Shown here one piece after another: positions 51,520 through 60,622 of a DNA stretch of 64,000 bases. Made by a program: the position numbers and the translations under genes. How positions within the stretch are numbered: position 1 is the stretch's first letter; every line of letters begins with the position of its first letter. The stretch is from an uncultured Chloroflexia bacterium (GTDB taxonomy: Bacteria > Chloroflexota > Dehalococcoidia > UBA2979): contig CAVSIV010000006.1 in NCBI GenBank assembly GCA_963728205.1, forward strand, positions 128,001 through 192,000, given 5' to 3'. The notes beneath the pieces are model-generated. The model had not been told where the DNA came from. It ran no database searches and was given only the letters and a program-made list of their open reading frames with translations.

Positions 51520-52463
51520 CAGGAGTACCGGATCCTCGGGTTGAGCGCGGCGTAGAGCAGGTCGCCGGCCAGGTTGCTGAACGCGTACACGGCGGCGATC
51601 AGCAGCGCCAGCGCCTGCAGCAGCGGCACGTCGCGCTTGATGATGCCGTCGAGCAGCAGCCGGCCCAGCCCCGGGTACGAGAACACCGTCTCGACGATGA
51701 TCAGCCCGCCGAGCATGTAGCCGATGTTGATCGTGACGACGCTGATCGTCGGCAGCATCGCGTTGCGCAGGACGTGCTGCATGATCACGCGCCGCATCGG
51801 CAGGCCCTTGAGGATCGCGGTGCGCACGTAGTTGGTGTGCATCACCTCGATCACGTTGGCCCGCGTCATCCGCATGATGTAGCCGAACAGCACCGCCGTG
51901 AGCGTGACCGCCGGCAGCACCAGCACCTTCGGCTCGTTCAGCGGCGTCTTCCCCGGCGCCAGCAGGCTCGACGACGGGAACCAGCCGAGCCCCGACGCGA
52001 ACACCATGATCAGCAGCACGCCGGTGACGAACTCGGGCAGCGAGATGCCCATCAGCCCCGACATGCTCGCGACGCGGTCGAACAGCGAGTCCTCGCGCAC
52101 GCCCGCCCACACGCCGACCGCGATCGCCGTCGGCACCGTGATCACGAACGCGAAGGACGCGAGCAGCACGGAGTTGAACAGCCGGTCCTTGATCAGGCTC
52201 GCCACCGGCACCGACCGCGAGAGCGACGTCCCGAAGTCGCCGTGCAGCGCGCCGCCGATCCACTGCAGGTAGCGCACGTACATCGGCTGATCGATCCCGA
52301 GGCGGTGCCGCAGCACCTCGACGGCGCTCGGCGTCGCGCCCTGGCCGAGGATCGCCTGCGCCACGTCGCCGGGCAGGATCTCGGTGATCGCGAAGATGGC
52401 CATCGAGATGACGAACAGCGTGAGCACGATGAGGCCGAGTCGAACGACCAGGAATCGCACCAC
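51519..52463 (-). CDS. DppB/OppB-type ABC permease
   Basis: ILPGD, GDFGTS, YVRTAILKG, VETVFSYPGLG. Confidence 0.93.
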   Translation of the reverse strand: MVRFLVVRLGLIVLTLFVISMAIFAITEILPGDVAQAILGQGATPSAVEVLRHRLGIDQPMYVRYLQWIGGALHGDFGTSLSRSVPVASLIKDRLFNSVLLASFAFVITVPTAIAVGVWAGVREDSLFDRVASMSGLMGISLPEFVTGVLLIMVFASGLGWFPSSSLLAPGKTPLNEPKVLVLPAVTLTAVLFGYIMRMTRANVIEVMHTNYVRTAILKGLPMRRVIMQHVLRNAMLPTISVVTINIGYMLGGLIIVETVFSYPGLGRLLLDGIIKRDVPLLQALALLIAAVYAFSNLAGDLLYAALNPRIRYS

Positions 52464-52520
52464 GACAGGCCTCCTTCCGCCGCTGCGCGGCTCCCGGCCA
52501 CGCGACGGACGGACAAAACG

Positions 52521-52565
52521 GGCGGACCTCCTCGCCGCCGGCGGGCGACGACGAGGAGGTCCGCC
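52521..52565. terminator. Hairpin between the SBP and permease genes (mRNA-stabilising element or partial terminator)
   Basis: GGCGGACCTCCTCG ... CGAGGAGGTCCGCC inverted repeat, followed on the minus strand by CGTTTT. Confidence 0.55.
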
Positions 52566-52579
52566 GAATCAGATCGTGG

Positions 52580-54208
52580 CTAGGCGTCCTTCAGGTACGC
52601 ACCGTAGACGAGCAGCCAGTTGCCCGGGTGCGGCGTGATGCCGCCCACGCGGTCGCGCAGGCCCACGGTGACCGGCAGGTGCACGGGGATCGGCCGGATC
52701 GCGAGGTCGATCAGCATCTTCTGCACCTCGGCGTACGACTGCTTGCGCTCTTCCTCCGTCTGGCCGCGCGCGCCCTTGATCAGGCCGTCGAGCTTGTCGC
52801 TCTTGTAGTGCGACTCGTTCCAGTCGGCGTCCGAGAGGTAGACGATCGACAGCGCCTGGTCGTCCGGGCGGCCGTTCCACTGCACGCAGGTGAACGGCTT
52901 CTTCAGCCACACGTCGGACCAGTAGCTGTCCTCCGGCGACTGCACGATGTCGACGTTCACGCCGCCCTGCGCGGCGCCCTGCTTGAACGCCGTCGCGTGC
53001 TCGACCATGCCCTGCGCGACGGTGCTCGTGTAGAGCGTGAGGTCGAGGCTGTCGTGGCCGGCCGCGGAGAGCAGCTGCTTGGCCTGCTTCGGGTCGTACT
53101 CGCCCCACTTCTGGCCGTCCCACCACATCGGGTCGTCCGGCACGAACGGGTGGTCGTTCCCTTTGCCGCCGAGGCCGTAGAACGCGGCGTCCAGGATCGT
53201 GTCGCGGTCCTGCAGCAGCTGGATCGCCGTGCGCACGCGCTGGTCGTCGAACGGCTTCTCGTCGCTGAACATCGAGAGCGTCAGGTAGCCCGGGCTCGTG
53301 ACGTTGAGGACGTTCGTCTTCGGCGCGGCGTTCACCTGCTGCACGTCCGCCGGGTCGACCGGGAACAGCACGTCGATCTGGCCGCTCTTCAGCGCCTCGC
53401 TGCGCTGGCTGGGGTCGGGGATGAAGTTGGCGACGACGCCGTCCGGGTAGATCCCGTCGGCGCCCCAGTAGTCCGGCCAGCGCTTCCACGTCCCGCGCGT
53501 GCCGGAGTCGTACGACTCCATCGTGTACGGGCCCGTGCCGTACTCGCCGGTGTTGAGCTTCGCCGGGTCGACGTCCGACGGGAGGATGCGGCCCTGGTAC
53601 AGCGAGAGCGTGTCCGGCAGGAACACGTTCGGCGCGTCCAGCGTGAACTTCACGGTGCGGTCGTCCTGCGCCTCGACCTTCGTGATGGTCGAGAGCGGCG
53701 CCGCGGCCGCCGACGCGGTCTTCGGGTCCTTCAGGCGGTTGATCGTGTAGACGACGTCCTCCGCCTTGAAGTCCTTGCCGTGGTGGAACTTCACGTTCTC
53801 GCGCAGGTGGAACACGTACTCGCTGTTGTCGCCGTTCGGCTCCCACTTCGTCGCCAGCATCGGGCGGAGCGAGAAGTCCTCCATGCGCTGCACGAGGTTG
53901 TCGTAGTGGAAGAGGCTGATCGTGGCGTCGGCCGTGGAGAGGCTGAGCGCCGGGTCGAGACCCGCGTTGATTGAGACCAGGCCCAGCGTGAGCGTGCCGC
54001 CGCGCTTCGGCGTGCCCGTCGCGCCCGCCGCCGCCGTCGACCCGCCGGCGGCGGGCGTGCCCGTCGCGCTGCCGCCGCTGCCGCAGCCGATCAGCGCCGC
54101 GCCGGCGAGGCCGGCGCCGCCGACGGCCGCCCCCCGCAGCACCCCGCGGCGCGAGATGCGCGCACGCATGCCGCGCGTCCAGTAATTCGCATCGTTCTGT
54201 CGATCCAT
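52580..54208 (-). CDS. Family-5 ABC solute-binding protein, Tat lipoprotein
   Basis: ISRRGVL Tat motif, LIGC lipobox, LRENVKFH, GTGPY, PFDDQRVR. Confidence 0.93.
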   Translation of the reverse strand: MDRQNDANYWTRGMRARISRRGVLRGAAVGGAGLAGAALIGCGSGGSATGTPAAGGSTAAAGATGTPKRGGTLTLGLVSINAGLDPALSLSTADATISLFHYDNLVQRMEDFSLRPMLATKWEPNGDNSEYVFHLRENVKFHHGKDFKAEDVVYTINRLKDPKTASAAAAPLSTITKVEAQDDRTVKFTLDAPNVFLPDTLSLYQGRILPSDVDPAKLNTGEYGTGPYTMESYDSGTRGTWKRWPDYWGADGIYPDGVVANFIPDPSQRSEALKSGQIDVLFPVDPADVQQVNAAPKTNVLNVTSPGYLTLSMFSDEKPFDDQRVRTAIQLLQDRDTILDAAFYGLGGKGNDHPFVPDDPMWWDGQKWGEYDPKQAKQLLSAAGHDSLDLTLYTSTVAQGMVEHATAFKQGAAQGGVNVDIVQSPEDSYWSDVWLKKPFTCVQWNGRPDDQALSIVYLSDADWNESHYKSDKLDGLIKGARGQTEEERKQSYAEVQKMLIDLAIRPIPVHLPVTVGLRDRVGGITPHPGNWLLVYGAYLKDA

Positions 54209-54647
54209 GGGACTTCCCTCCGTGGTGCCCGCGTACGACGGCTCGCGTGAGCGGTCGCACCTGCCGCCGAACGGACAGTGGGGAGCCCGGTCGTGGTGGA
54301 CGGCGGCTGCGGGCGGGTTTTCCGCACCTTACCGAAATCTCGCAGTTTTGTCTTCCTCGCCATGTCTATAGACGAATTCTCGTAGATGCCGCCGCGCGTC
54401 GTGTTCACCCGGCCATTGCGAGCGCGTACCATGCCCGCGTTCGCACGGCCCCCACGCCGCGCGGCACACGTCGAGGAGCCCGATGACTCGCTAGCCCCGG
54501 GGCGATCCGCGAACGCGACTCCGACCCGTCCCCGGGTCCGGACCACGCTCGTGCCCCGGTGCGCATCGGCCCGCCGCGCCGACCTCCCGCACCCCCTCGC
54601 TCGCCCCGCACCGCATCTCGCCGCGGCCGCGACTGCTCGGGGTCCAC

Positions 54648-56354
54648 ATGCCATCAGCCATCCAGGCCATTGCCATCACGAAGGCCTTCGGGCCGCGCAT
54701 CGTGCTGCGGGGCGTGTCCCTCGTCGTCAACGCCGGCGAGACGCTCGGGGTCGTCGGGCCGAACGGCAGGGGCAAGACCACGCTGCTGCACGTGCTCGCG
54801 GGCACGCTCGCGCCCGACGCGGGCCGGGTCGAGGTCGCGGCGGGCGCGCGCGTCGCGCTGCTCGCGCAGGGCTACGCCGGCCGCGAGGCCGACCCGGTCG
54901 GCGCGCTGTTCCCGGCGCTGTTCGGCGACGCGAGCGACGCCGGCGCCGCGCGTGCCGCCGCGCCCGAGGCGCGGCTCGCGGCGCTCGGCGCAACGCTCGC
55001 GCGCGAGCGCGACCCCGCGGCGCTCGCCCGCGCCGCCGAGGCCTACGACGCGCTGCTCCGCGAGATCGAGGCCGGCGCCGCGGCCGCCGCGGCCGGCCCG
55101 CCCGGCGACGCCGACCCCGTCGCCGACGCCCGCGCCGCGCTCGGGCTGCGGCCCGTGGACGCCGGCACGCCGGCGCGCGACGTCTCGGGCGGCGAGCTCG
55201 CGAAGCTCGGCCTGCTCGACCTCGTCGCGCGCCGGCCCGACGTCCTCCTGCTCGATGAGCCGACGAACCACCTCGACCTCGCCGGCGCCGAGTGGGTGGA
55301 GTCGCTGATCGACGGCTTCGCCGGCCCCGTCGTCGTCGTGTCGCACAATCGCGCGCTGCTCGACGCGGTGTGCGACGGCATCCTCGACCTCGACCCCGCG
55401 GCCGCGGACGGGCCGCCCGCCGTCTTCCCCGGCGCCTACTCCGACTACGCCGCCGACCGCGCACGGCGCGTCGCGGAGCAGTGGGCCGCCTATGGGCGCC
55501 AGCAGCGCGAGGAGCGGCGGCTGCGCAAGGAGATCGCGGCGGCGGAGACGCGCGGGCGCGGCCTCGAGCGCCGCTTCGTGCGCGCCGCGACGAACCGGCC
55601 GTCGATCAAGATCGCGCGGCGCGCGACGACGCTGAAGGCGCGGCTCGAGCGTCGGCTGACGTCGGGCGAGCACGTCGAGCGCCCGGCGAAGCCGGCTGCG
55701 GGGCTCGGCGGCGGGTTCGCCGCCGGCGAGCGGTCCGCGTCGCGCGTGCTGGCGCTCGAGGGCGTCGCACTCGACGTCGCCGGCCGCCGCCTGCTCGAGG
55801 CGGCGAGCCTCGTCGTGCGGCGCGGCGAGCGCGTCGTGCTGATGGGCGCGAACGGGAGCGGCAAGAGCACACTGCTGCGCGCCGTGCTCGGCGAGCACGC
55901 GCCGGCGGCGGGACGGGTCGTCGTCCCGCCGTCGGTGCGCGTCGGCTACCTGCCGCAGGAGCAGGTCGTCGATGCCGCGGCCGACGGTGCGACGCCCGTC
56001 GACGTCCTGCGCCGGGCCGCGCCGGCGGGCCGGCCGCTGTCGGAGGCCGACGCCTACAACTACCTGCACCGCTTCCTGTTCGGTCACGACCAGGCGCGCG
56101 CGCCGCTGTCACGTCTCAGCTACGGCGAGCGCCGGCGGCTGGCGCTGGCGCGGCTCGTGCTCGGCGGCGCGCACCTGCTGCTGCTCGACGAGCCCACGAA
56201 CCACCTGGATCTGCCGGCCCGCGAAGCCTTCGAGCAGGCGTTCGACGGCTTCGACGGCGGCGCGCTCATCGTCACGCACGACCGCTACTTCATCGAGCGC
56301 TTCGCCGACGTCGCGTGGTCGATCGAGGAAGGCCGGCTCGTGCCGGTGCTGTAG
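54648..56354 (+). CDS. ABC-F family ATPase
   Basis: Two ABC domains (GPNGRGKTT, GANGSGKST), DEPTNHLD twice, coiled linker, no TM. Confidence 0.9.
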   Translation: MPSAIQAIAITKAFGPRIVLRGVSLVVNAGETLGVVGPNGRGKTTLLHVLAGTLAPDAGRVEVAAGARVALLAQGYAGREADPVGALFPALFGDASDAGAARAAAPEARLAALGATLARERDPAALARAAEAYDALLREIEAGAAAAAAGPPGDADPVADARAALGLRPVDAGTPARDVSGGELAKLGLLDLVARRPDVLLLDEPTNHLDLAGAEWVESLIDGFAGPVVVVSHNRALLDAVCDGILDLDPAAADGPPAVFPGAYSDYAADRARRVAEQWAAYGRQQREERRLRKEIAAAETRGRGLERRFVRAATNRPSIKIARRATTLKARLERRLTSGEHVERPAKPAAGLGGGFAAGERSASRVLALEGVALDVAGRRLLEAASLVVRRGERVVLMGANGSGKSTLLRAVLGEHAPAAGRVVVPPSVRVGYLPQEQVVDAAADGATPVDVLRRAAPAGRPLSEADAYNYLHRFLFGHDQARAPLSRLSYGERRRLALARLVLGGAHLLLLDEPTNHLDLPAREAFEQAFDGFDGGALIVTHDRYFIERFADVAWSIEEGRLVPVL

Positions 56355-56487
56355 CTCGTCGCAAGCGGCGGCGGACATGCCGCCGATATCAACCGCGGCC
56401 GGAGGCCGCGCTGCGCATCGCGTCCTCGCACCTCCACGGCGCCGCCGTCCGTTTCGCTTCGCGCGCGGGCGGCGGTCGCCGCCCGTC

Positions 56488-56888
56488 ATATCGGCGGCGT
56501 GTCTGCCGCCGCTTGCCCACGCGGGTTTCGGGCGCGCCGCCCGTCACATCGGCGGCGTGTCTGCCGCCGCTTGCCCGCGCGGGGTTCGGGCGCGCCGCCC
56601 GTCACATCGGCGGCGTGTCTGCCGCCGCTTGCCCGCGCGGGGTTCGGGCGCGCCGCCCGTCACATCGGCGGCGTGTCTGCCGCCACTTGCCCGCGCGGGC
56701 GGCGGTCGCCGCCCGTCATATCGGCGGCGTGTCTGCCGCCGCTTGCCCGCGCGGGGTTCGGGCGCGCCGCCCGTCACATCGGCGGCGTGTCTGCCGCCGC
56801 TTGCCCGCGCGGGGTTCGGGCGCGCCGCCCGTCACATCGGCGGCGTGTCTGCCGCCGCTTGCCCGCGCGGGGTTCGGGCGCGCCGCCG
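56488..56888. repeat. Tandem array of seven 56-58-bp units containing the REP-like arm
   Basis: TCGGCGGCGTGTCTGCCGCC starts at 56491, 56549, 56607, 56665, 56721, 56779, 56837; one opposite-orientation arm at about 56361-56385. Confidence 0.92.
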
Positions 56889-56893
56889 CCGCC

Positions 56894-57874
56894 CTACCCG
56901 CGGACGAGCACGTCCGCACGGGCGACCGCCGCGAACGCCCGCGCGAGCGACCCTTCGCGATCGTCCGGGTCGATCAGCGGCGCGGCCAGCACCTCGCCCA
57001 TCCCGTCCTCGCGCACGTACGCCGCCAGCCGCTCCGCGACCGTCTCCGCCGATCCGCTCACCACCAGCGAGTCGAGCAGCTCCGGCGGGTACCCGTTTTC
57101 CAGCGACGAGAACCCCGCCGCCTCGAACATCGCGCGGTAGAAGGGCACGCGCGCGTACATCCCGAGCTGCCGCTGCGCCAGCGCGCGCACCGCCTCGCGG
57201 TCCTCGCTCACCGCCATCGGCACGTGCGCGACCAGCGGCGGCGCCGGCCGGCCCGCGCGCTCCGCGCCCCGCCGCAGCGCCGGCAGCGCCTCCGCGACGA
57301 GGTACGGCCGCGGGCACATCCACGAGATCGCGCCGTCCGCCAGCTCGCCGCACGCCTCGAACGACCGCGGACGCAGGGCCGACGCCATCACCGGCACCGG
57401 CGCCGGCTCGCGCAGCCGCGAGCGCGCCGTCACGTGCTCGCCCTCGAAGTCGACCTCGCCCTCGTGTAGGAGCGCGCGCAGCACCACCAGGTACTCGCGC
57501 AGGTTCGTGAGCGGTGACTGCCAGTGCACGCCGTAGGCCGGCACCATCGCCGGCTCGTGCGACGGACCGATGCCGAGCCGCAGCCGGCCCGGCGCCAGCT
57601 GGTGCAGCGCCACCGCCTGCTGCGCGAGCACGATCGGGTGGCGCGGCCACGTGGGCACGATCGCGGTGCCGAGCACGATCCCGCGCGTCGCGGTGAGCGC
57701 CGCGGCGTACGTCGTGAGCGGGTCCGCCCCGCCCGCGCCGCCGATCGTGGCCCACGCCGTGCGCACACCCGCCGCCTCCGCCTGCCGGATCTGCTCGACC
57801 GCCAGCGGCGCCGAGAACGCCTGGATCGAGACCCCGACCACCGGACCCGTCGTCGCCGTCGCGTCGTCCGCCAT
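56894..57874 (-). CDS. LLM-class (luciferase-like) flavin/F420-dependent oxidoreductase
   Basis: LGTAIVPTWPRHP, GRLRLGIGPSH, GELADG. Confidence 0.92.
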   Translation of the reverse strand: MADDATATTGPVVGVSIQAFSAPLAVEQIRQAEAAGVRTAWATIGGAGGADPLTTYAAALTATRGIVLGTAIVPTWPRHPIVLAQQAVALHQLAPGRLRLGIGPSHEPAMVPAYGVHWQSPLTNLREYLVVLRALLHEGEVDFEGEHVTARSRLREPAPVPVMASALRPRSFEACGELADGAISWMCPRPYLVAEALPALRRGAERAGRPAPPLVAHVPMAVSEDREAVRALAQRQLGMYARVPFYRAMFEAAGFSSLENGYPPELLDSLVVSGSAETVAERLAAYVREDGMGEVLAAPLIDPDDREGSLARAFAAVARADVLVRG

Positions 57875-58150
57875 CTGCGCACCTCCCTCGCGGCACGCGC
57901 GCGAGCCTAGCACGCACTCGATCTCGATCTGTCGCGGCGGGACCAATCACGAACGCGCATGTCCGAACGTCGAATCGATGCCTCATAACACATGTAGGCT
58001 CATCCGCCATCACAGGTGAAGTCGAGAACGCCGAAAAATCCGCCACACTCAGCAGCCGCGACCGCACCACATACGGCATTCATCTGCGATGATGCGCGCA
58101 CATTATTCGTCGCACGGCACGTGCCGTGCACTGCTCGGAGGGGACACCAC

Positions 58151-59932
58151 TTGAGCGACTCGACCACCAGATCCTGGACGCGGGCGATGCGCCGCCCCGT
58201 CACGCGTCGCGGCCTGATCCGCGGCTCCGCCACGGCCGGCGCGGGACTCGCCGGCGCGGCGCTGATCGGCTGCGGCAGCAGCAACAACGCGACCAGCACG
58301 CCCGCCCCCGCCGCCACCACCGCGGCCGCGGGCGGCACCGCCTCCGCCTCCGCGACCGCGGCCGCCGGCGGCCCGAAGACGGGCGGCACCTACAAGTACT
58401 TCCTCGCGCTCGACCCGACCACGCTCGACCCGTACGCCAACGCGTCGTACACGGCCAAGGGCTTCGCCGGCTTCGTCTACAGCCGCCTCTACAAGGTCGA
58501 CGCCCAGCCCGGCGCCAACCCGTACGACCAGCCGCCCACCCCGGACCTGGCCGAGAGCGCCGAGAGCCCGGACGGCCAGACCTGGACGGTCAAGCTCAAG
58601 CAGGGCGCGAAGTTCCACAACATCGCGCCGGTCAACGGCCGCGAGGTCACGGCCGCCGACGTGAAGTTCTCGTGGGACCGCCTCAACGACCCGAAGTCGC
58701 CGAACGTCGCGCAGGTGCCGAAGGGCGCGAAGCTCGACGTCGTCGACGACCACACGCTGAAGTTCACGCTCGCGTCTCCCTCGCCGACCTTCCTCGAGTT
58801 CATCGCCGACTCGAACACGCTCTGGATCCAGCCGACCGAGATGGGCGGCGCGGCCGACCCGACGAAGACGCCGATCGGCACCGGCCCCTGGGTGATGTCC
58901 GACTACGCGGTGTCGTCGAAGCTCACCTTCAAGAAGCACCCCGAGTACTTCCTCAAGGGCCAGCCGTACATGGACGGCGTCGAGCTCGCGATCATCCCGG
59001 AGTACGCCAACCAGAAGGCGCAGTTCGAGGCCGGCAGCCTCCACGGCTTCGTGCCGCAGCTCTCCGACGTCCTCGACATGAAGAAGCAGATGACGAAGGC
59101 GCAGTGGGTCGGCTACACCAGCGCCGTCCTCTACATGCTCTACTTCTCGCCCGAGTCCATGGAGCCGAACGCGCCCTGGCGCGACGACCGCTTCCGGCAG
59201 GCCGTGTCGATGGCCATCGACCGCGACGGCTACCTCGACCTCCAGTACAGCGTCAGCGAGCTGAAGAAGGCCGGCCTCGACGTCTCGTCGTCGTGGAACA
59301 ACCTGCTGCCGGATGGCTTCGGCACGCGCTTCTGGCTCGACCCGAAGTCGTCGGACCAGGGCCCCTCGGGCAAGTTCTTCAACTACGACGAGGCCGAGTC
59401 GAAGAAGCTCCTCGCCGCGGTGGGGAACACCGACCAGCCGTTCAAGTACCAGTACACCGGCAACGGGTACGGCAGCGTCTGGGTCCACTACGCCGAGGCG
59501 ATCGGGAACTGGCTCACGGCGGTCGGCCTCAAGCCGCAGACCGAGACCCAGGACTACAGCTCGAAGTACATCACGCAGACGTTCCGCGGGAACTTCACCG
59601 GCGTGACCTTCGGCATCGAGACGCCGTTCCCGGAGGCGGGCAGCTACATCGACCGCATGTTCGGCGACGACCCGGCCAACCACGGCAAGATCCACGACAA
59701 GGACATCGACGCGCAGAACGCGAAGCAGAAGGTCGAGCTCGACCCGAAGCAGCGCACCCAGCAGCTCTACGAGATCCAGCGCATCAACGACCAGCACATG
59801 TACTACGTCCCGACGCCCGGCGGCGGTGGGACGGGCTTCACGTCGTACCAGCCGAACGTGCACGGCCTCCGGCACACGCGCGGCTACGGCTACGCCACCG
59901 AGGAGCTCATGCAGTACTGGCTCGACGCCTAG
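58151..59932 (+). CDS. Family-5 ABC solute-binding protein, Tat lipoprotein (orphan)
   Basis: TTG start after GGAGGG; VTRRGLI, LIGC, PDLAES.E.PD, GTGPW, PWRDDRFRQA. Confidence 0.92.
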   Translation: MSDSTTRSWTRAMRRPVTRRGLIRGSATAGAGLAGAALIGCGSSNNATSTPAPAATTAAAGGTASASATAAAGGPKTGGTYKYFLALDPTTLDPYANASYTAKGFAGFVYSRLYKVDAQPGANPYDQPPTPDLAESAESPDGQTWTVKLKQGAKFHNIAPVNGREVTAADVKFSWDRLNDPKSPNVAQVPKGAKLDVVDDHTLKFTLASPSPTFLEFIADSNTLWIQPTEMGGAADPTKTPIGTGPWVMSDYAVSSKLTFKKHPEYFLKGQPYMDGVELAIIPEYANQKAQFEAGSLHGFVPQLSDVLDMKKQMTKAQWVGYTSAVLYMLYFSPESMEPNAPWRDDRFRQAVSMAIDRDGYLDLQYSVSELKKAGLDVSSSWNNLLPDGFGTRFWLDPKSSDQGPSGKFFNYDEAESKKLLAAVGNTDQPFKYQYTGNGYGSVWVHYAEAIGNWLTAVGLKPQTETQDYSSKYITQTFRGNFTGVTFGIETPFPEAGSYIDRMFGDDPANHGKIHDKDIDAQNAKQKVELDPKQRTQQLYEIQRINDQHMYYVPTPGGGGTGFTSYQPNVHGLRHTRGYGYATEELMQYWLDA

Positions 59933-59968
59933 CCCGCCACGCGGCCGCCGGCCGCACGCGGATCAGCA

Positions 59969-60000
59969 CGGAAGGCCGGGCGGCAGCGCCCGGCCTTCCG
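59969..60000 (+). terminator. Hairpin after the SBP gene
   Basis: CGGAAGGCCGGGCG-GCAG-CGCCCGGCCTTCCG. Confidence 0.55.
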
Positions 60001-60067
60001 CATGCCGGGGCCGCATGCCCGGGCCGCTCGCAGGCCCGTGCTACGTTCGACGGAAGGAGGGCAGCCC

Positions 60068-60493
60068 GTGATCGCCTTCGAATGGGCCGTTCAGGAAGCG
60101 ACCGCCGACGCCTTCGCCGCCGTGCTCCACGACGCCGGGATCTCCGTGGAGCGCCGCGAGCGCGACGACGCGGGGGACGACACCGAGACGTTCGCGCTGC
60201 TCGAGCGCGCCGGACTGGCGTTCGACCAGCAGGCGCGCGAGAACCCCCGCCCGAACCGCGTGCTGCTCGTGGGGCGCGCCGCACCCGCGGAGCTCGCCAC
60301 CGCCATCTTCCGCGTCGCCTCGGACGCCTCGCTCGGCGGCGTACTGATCGATGTCGCGAGCGACCCGGTGCAGTGCACCGAGGTCCGCGGCGTCAACGGC
60401 CCCGTGGTCGTGCTCGCGGACGACGACGGCGCACGGCAACTCACGCTGGGGCTCGACGCGATCGGCGCCGCGCTCGAGCGCGCGCACGCCTGA
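60068..60493 (+). CDS. Hypothetical protein
   Basis: GGAGG RBS, GTG start, GC3-biased 141-aa ORF; no motif recognised. Confidence 0.65.
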   Translation: MIAFEWAVQEATADAFAAVLHDAGISVERRERDDAGDDTETFALLERAGLAFDQQARENPRPNRVLLVGRAAPAELATAIFRVASDASLGGVLIDVASDPVQCTEVRGVNGPVVVLADDDGARQLTLGLDAIGAALERAHA

Positions 60494-60552
60494 CCGGCGG
60501 ATTCCTCGCCAAATTGGCGGTGCGCCGGCGTCGCGCGCAGGTGCGCCTGCGC

Positions 60553-60583
60553 TATAACATACGCACCGAAACATACGGACCGA
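60553..60583 (+). promoter_or_regulatory. -10 box overlapping a tandem 14-bp direct repeat (candidate operator)
   Basis: TATAAC at 60553; AACATACGCACCGA (60556) and AACATACGGACCGA (60570). Confidence 0.5.
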
Positions 60584-60622
60584 TCGCATCCCACCCACAA
60601 CGCGAACAGGAGCCGCGCCCAC

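Noticed and set aside
56488-56888. CRISPR array or repeat-protein ORFs (HIGGVSAAACPR repeats)
   Set aside because: Inter-repeat segments are near-identical; the ORFs are translations of the REP-like tandem in several frames.
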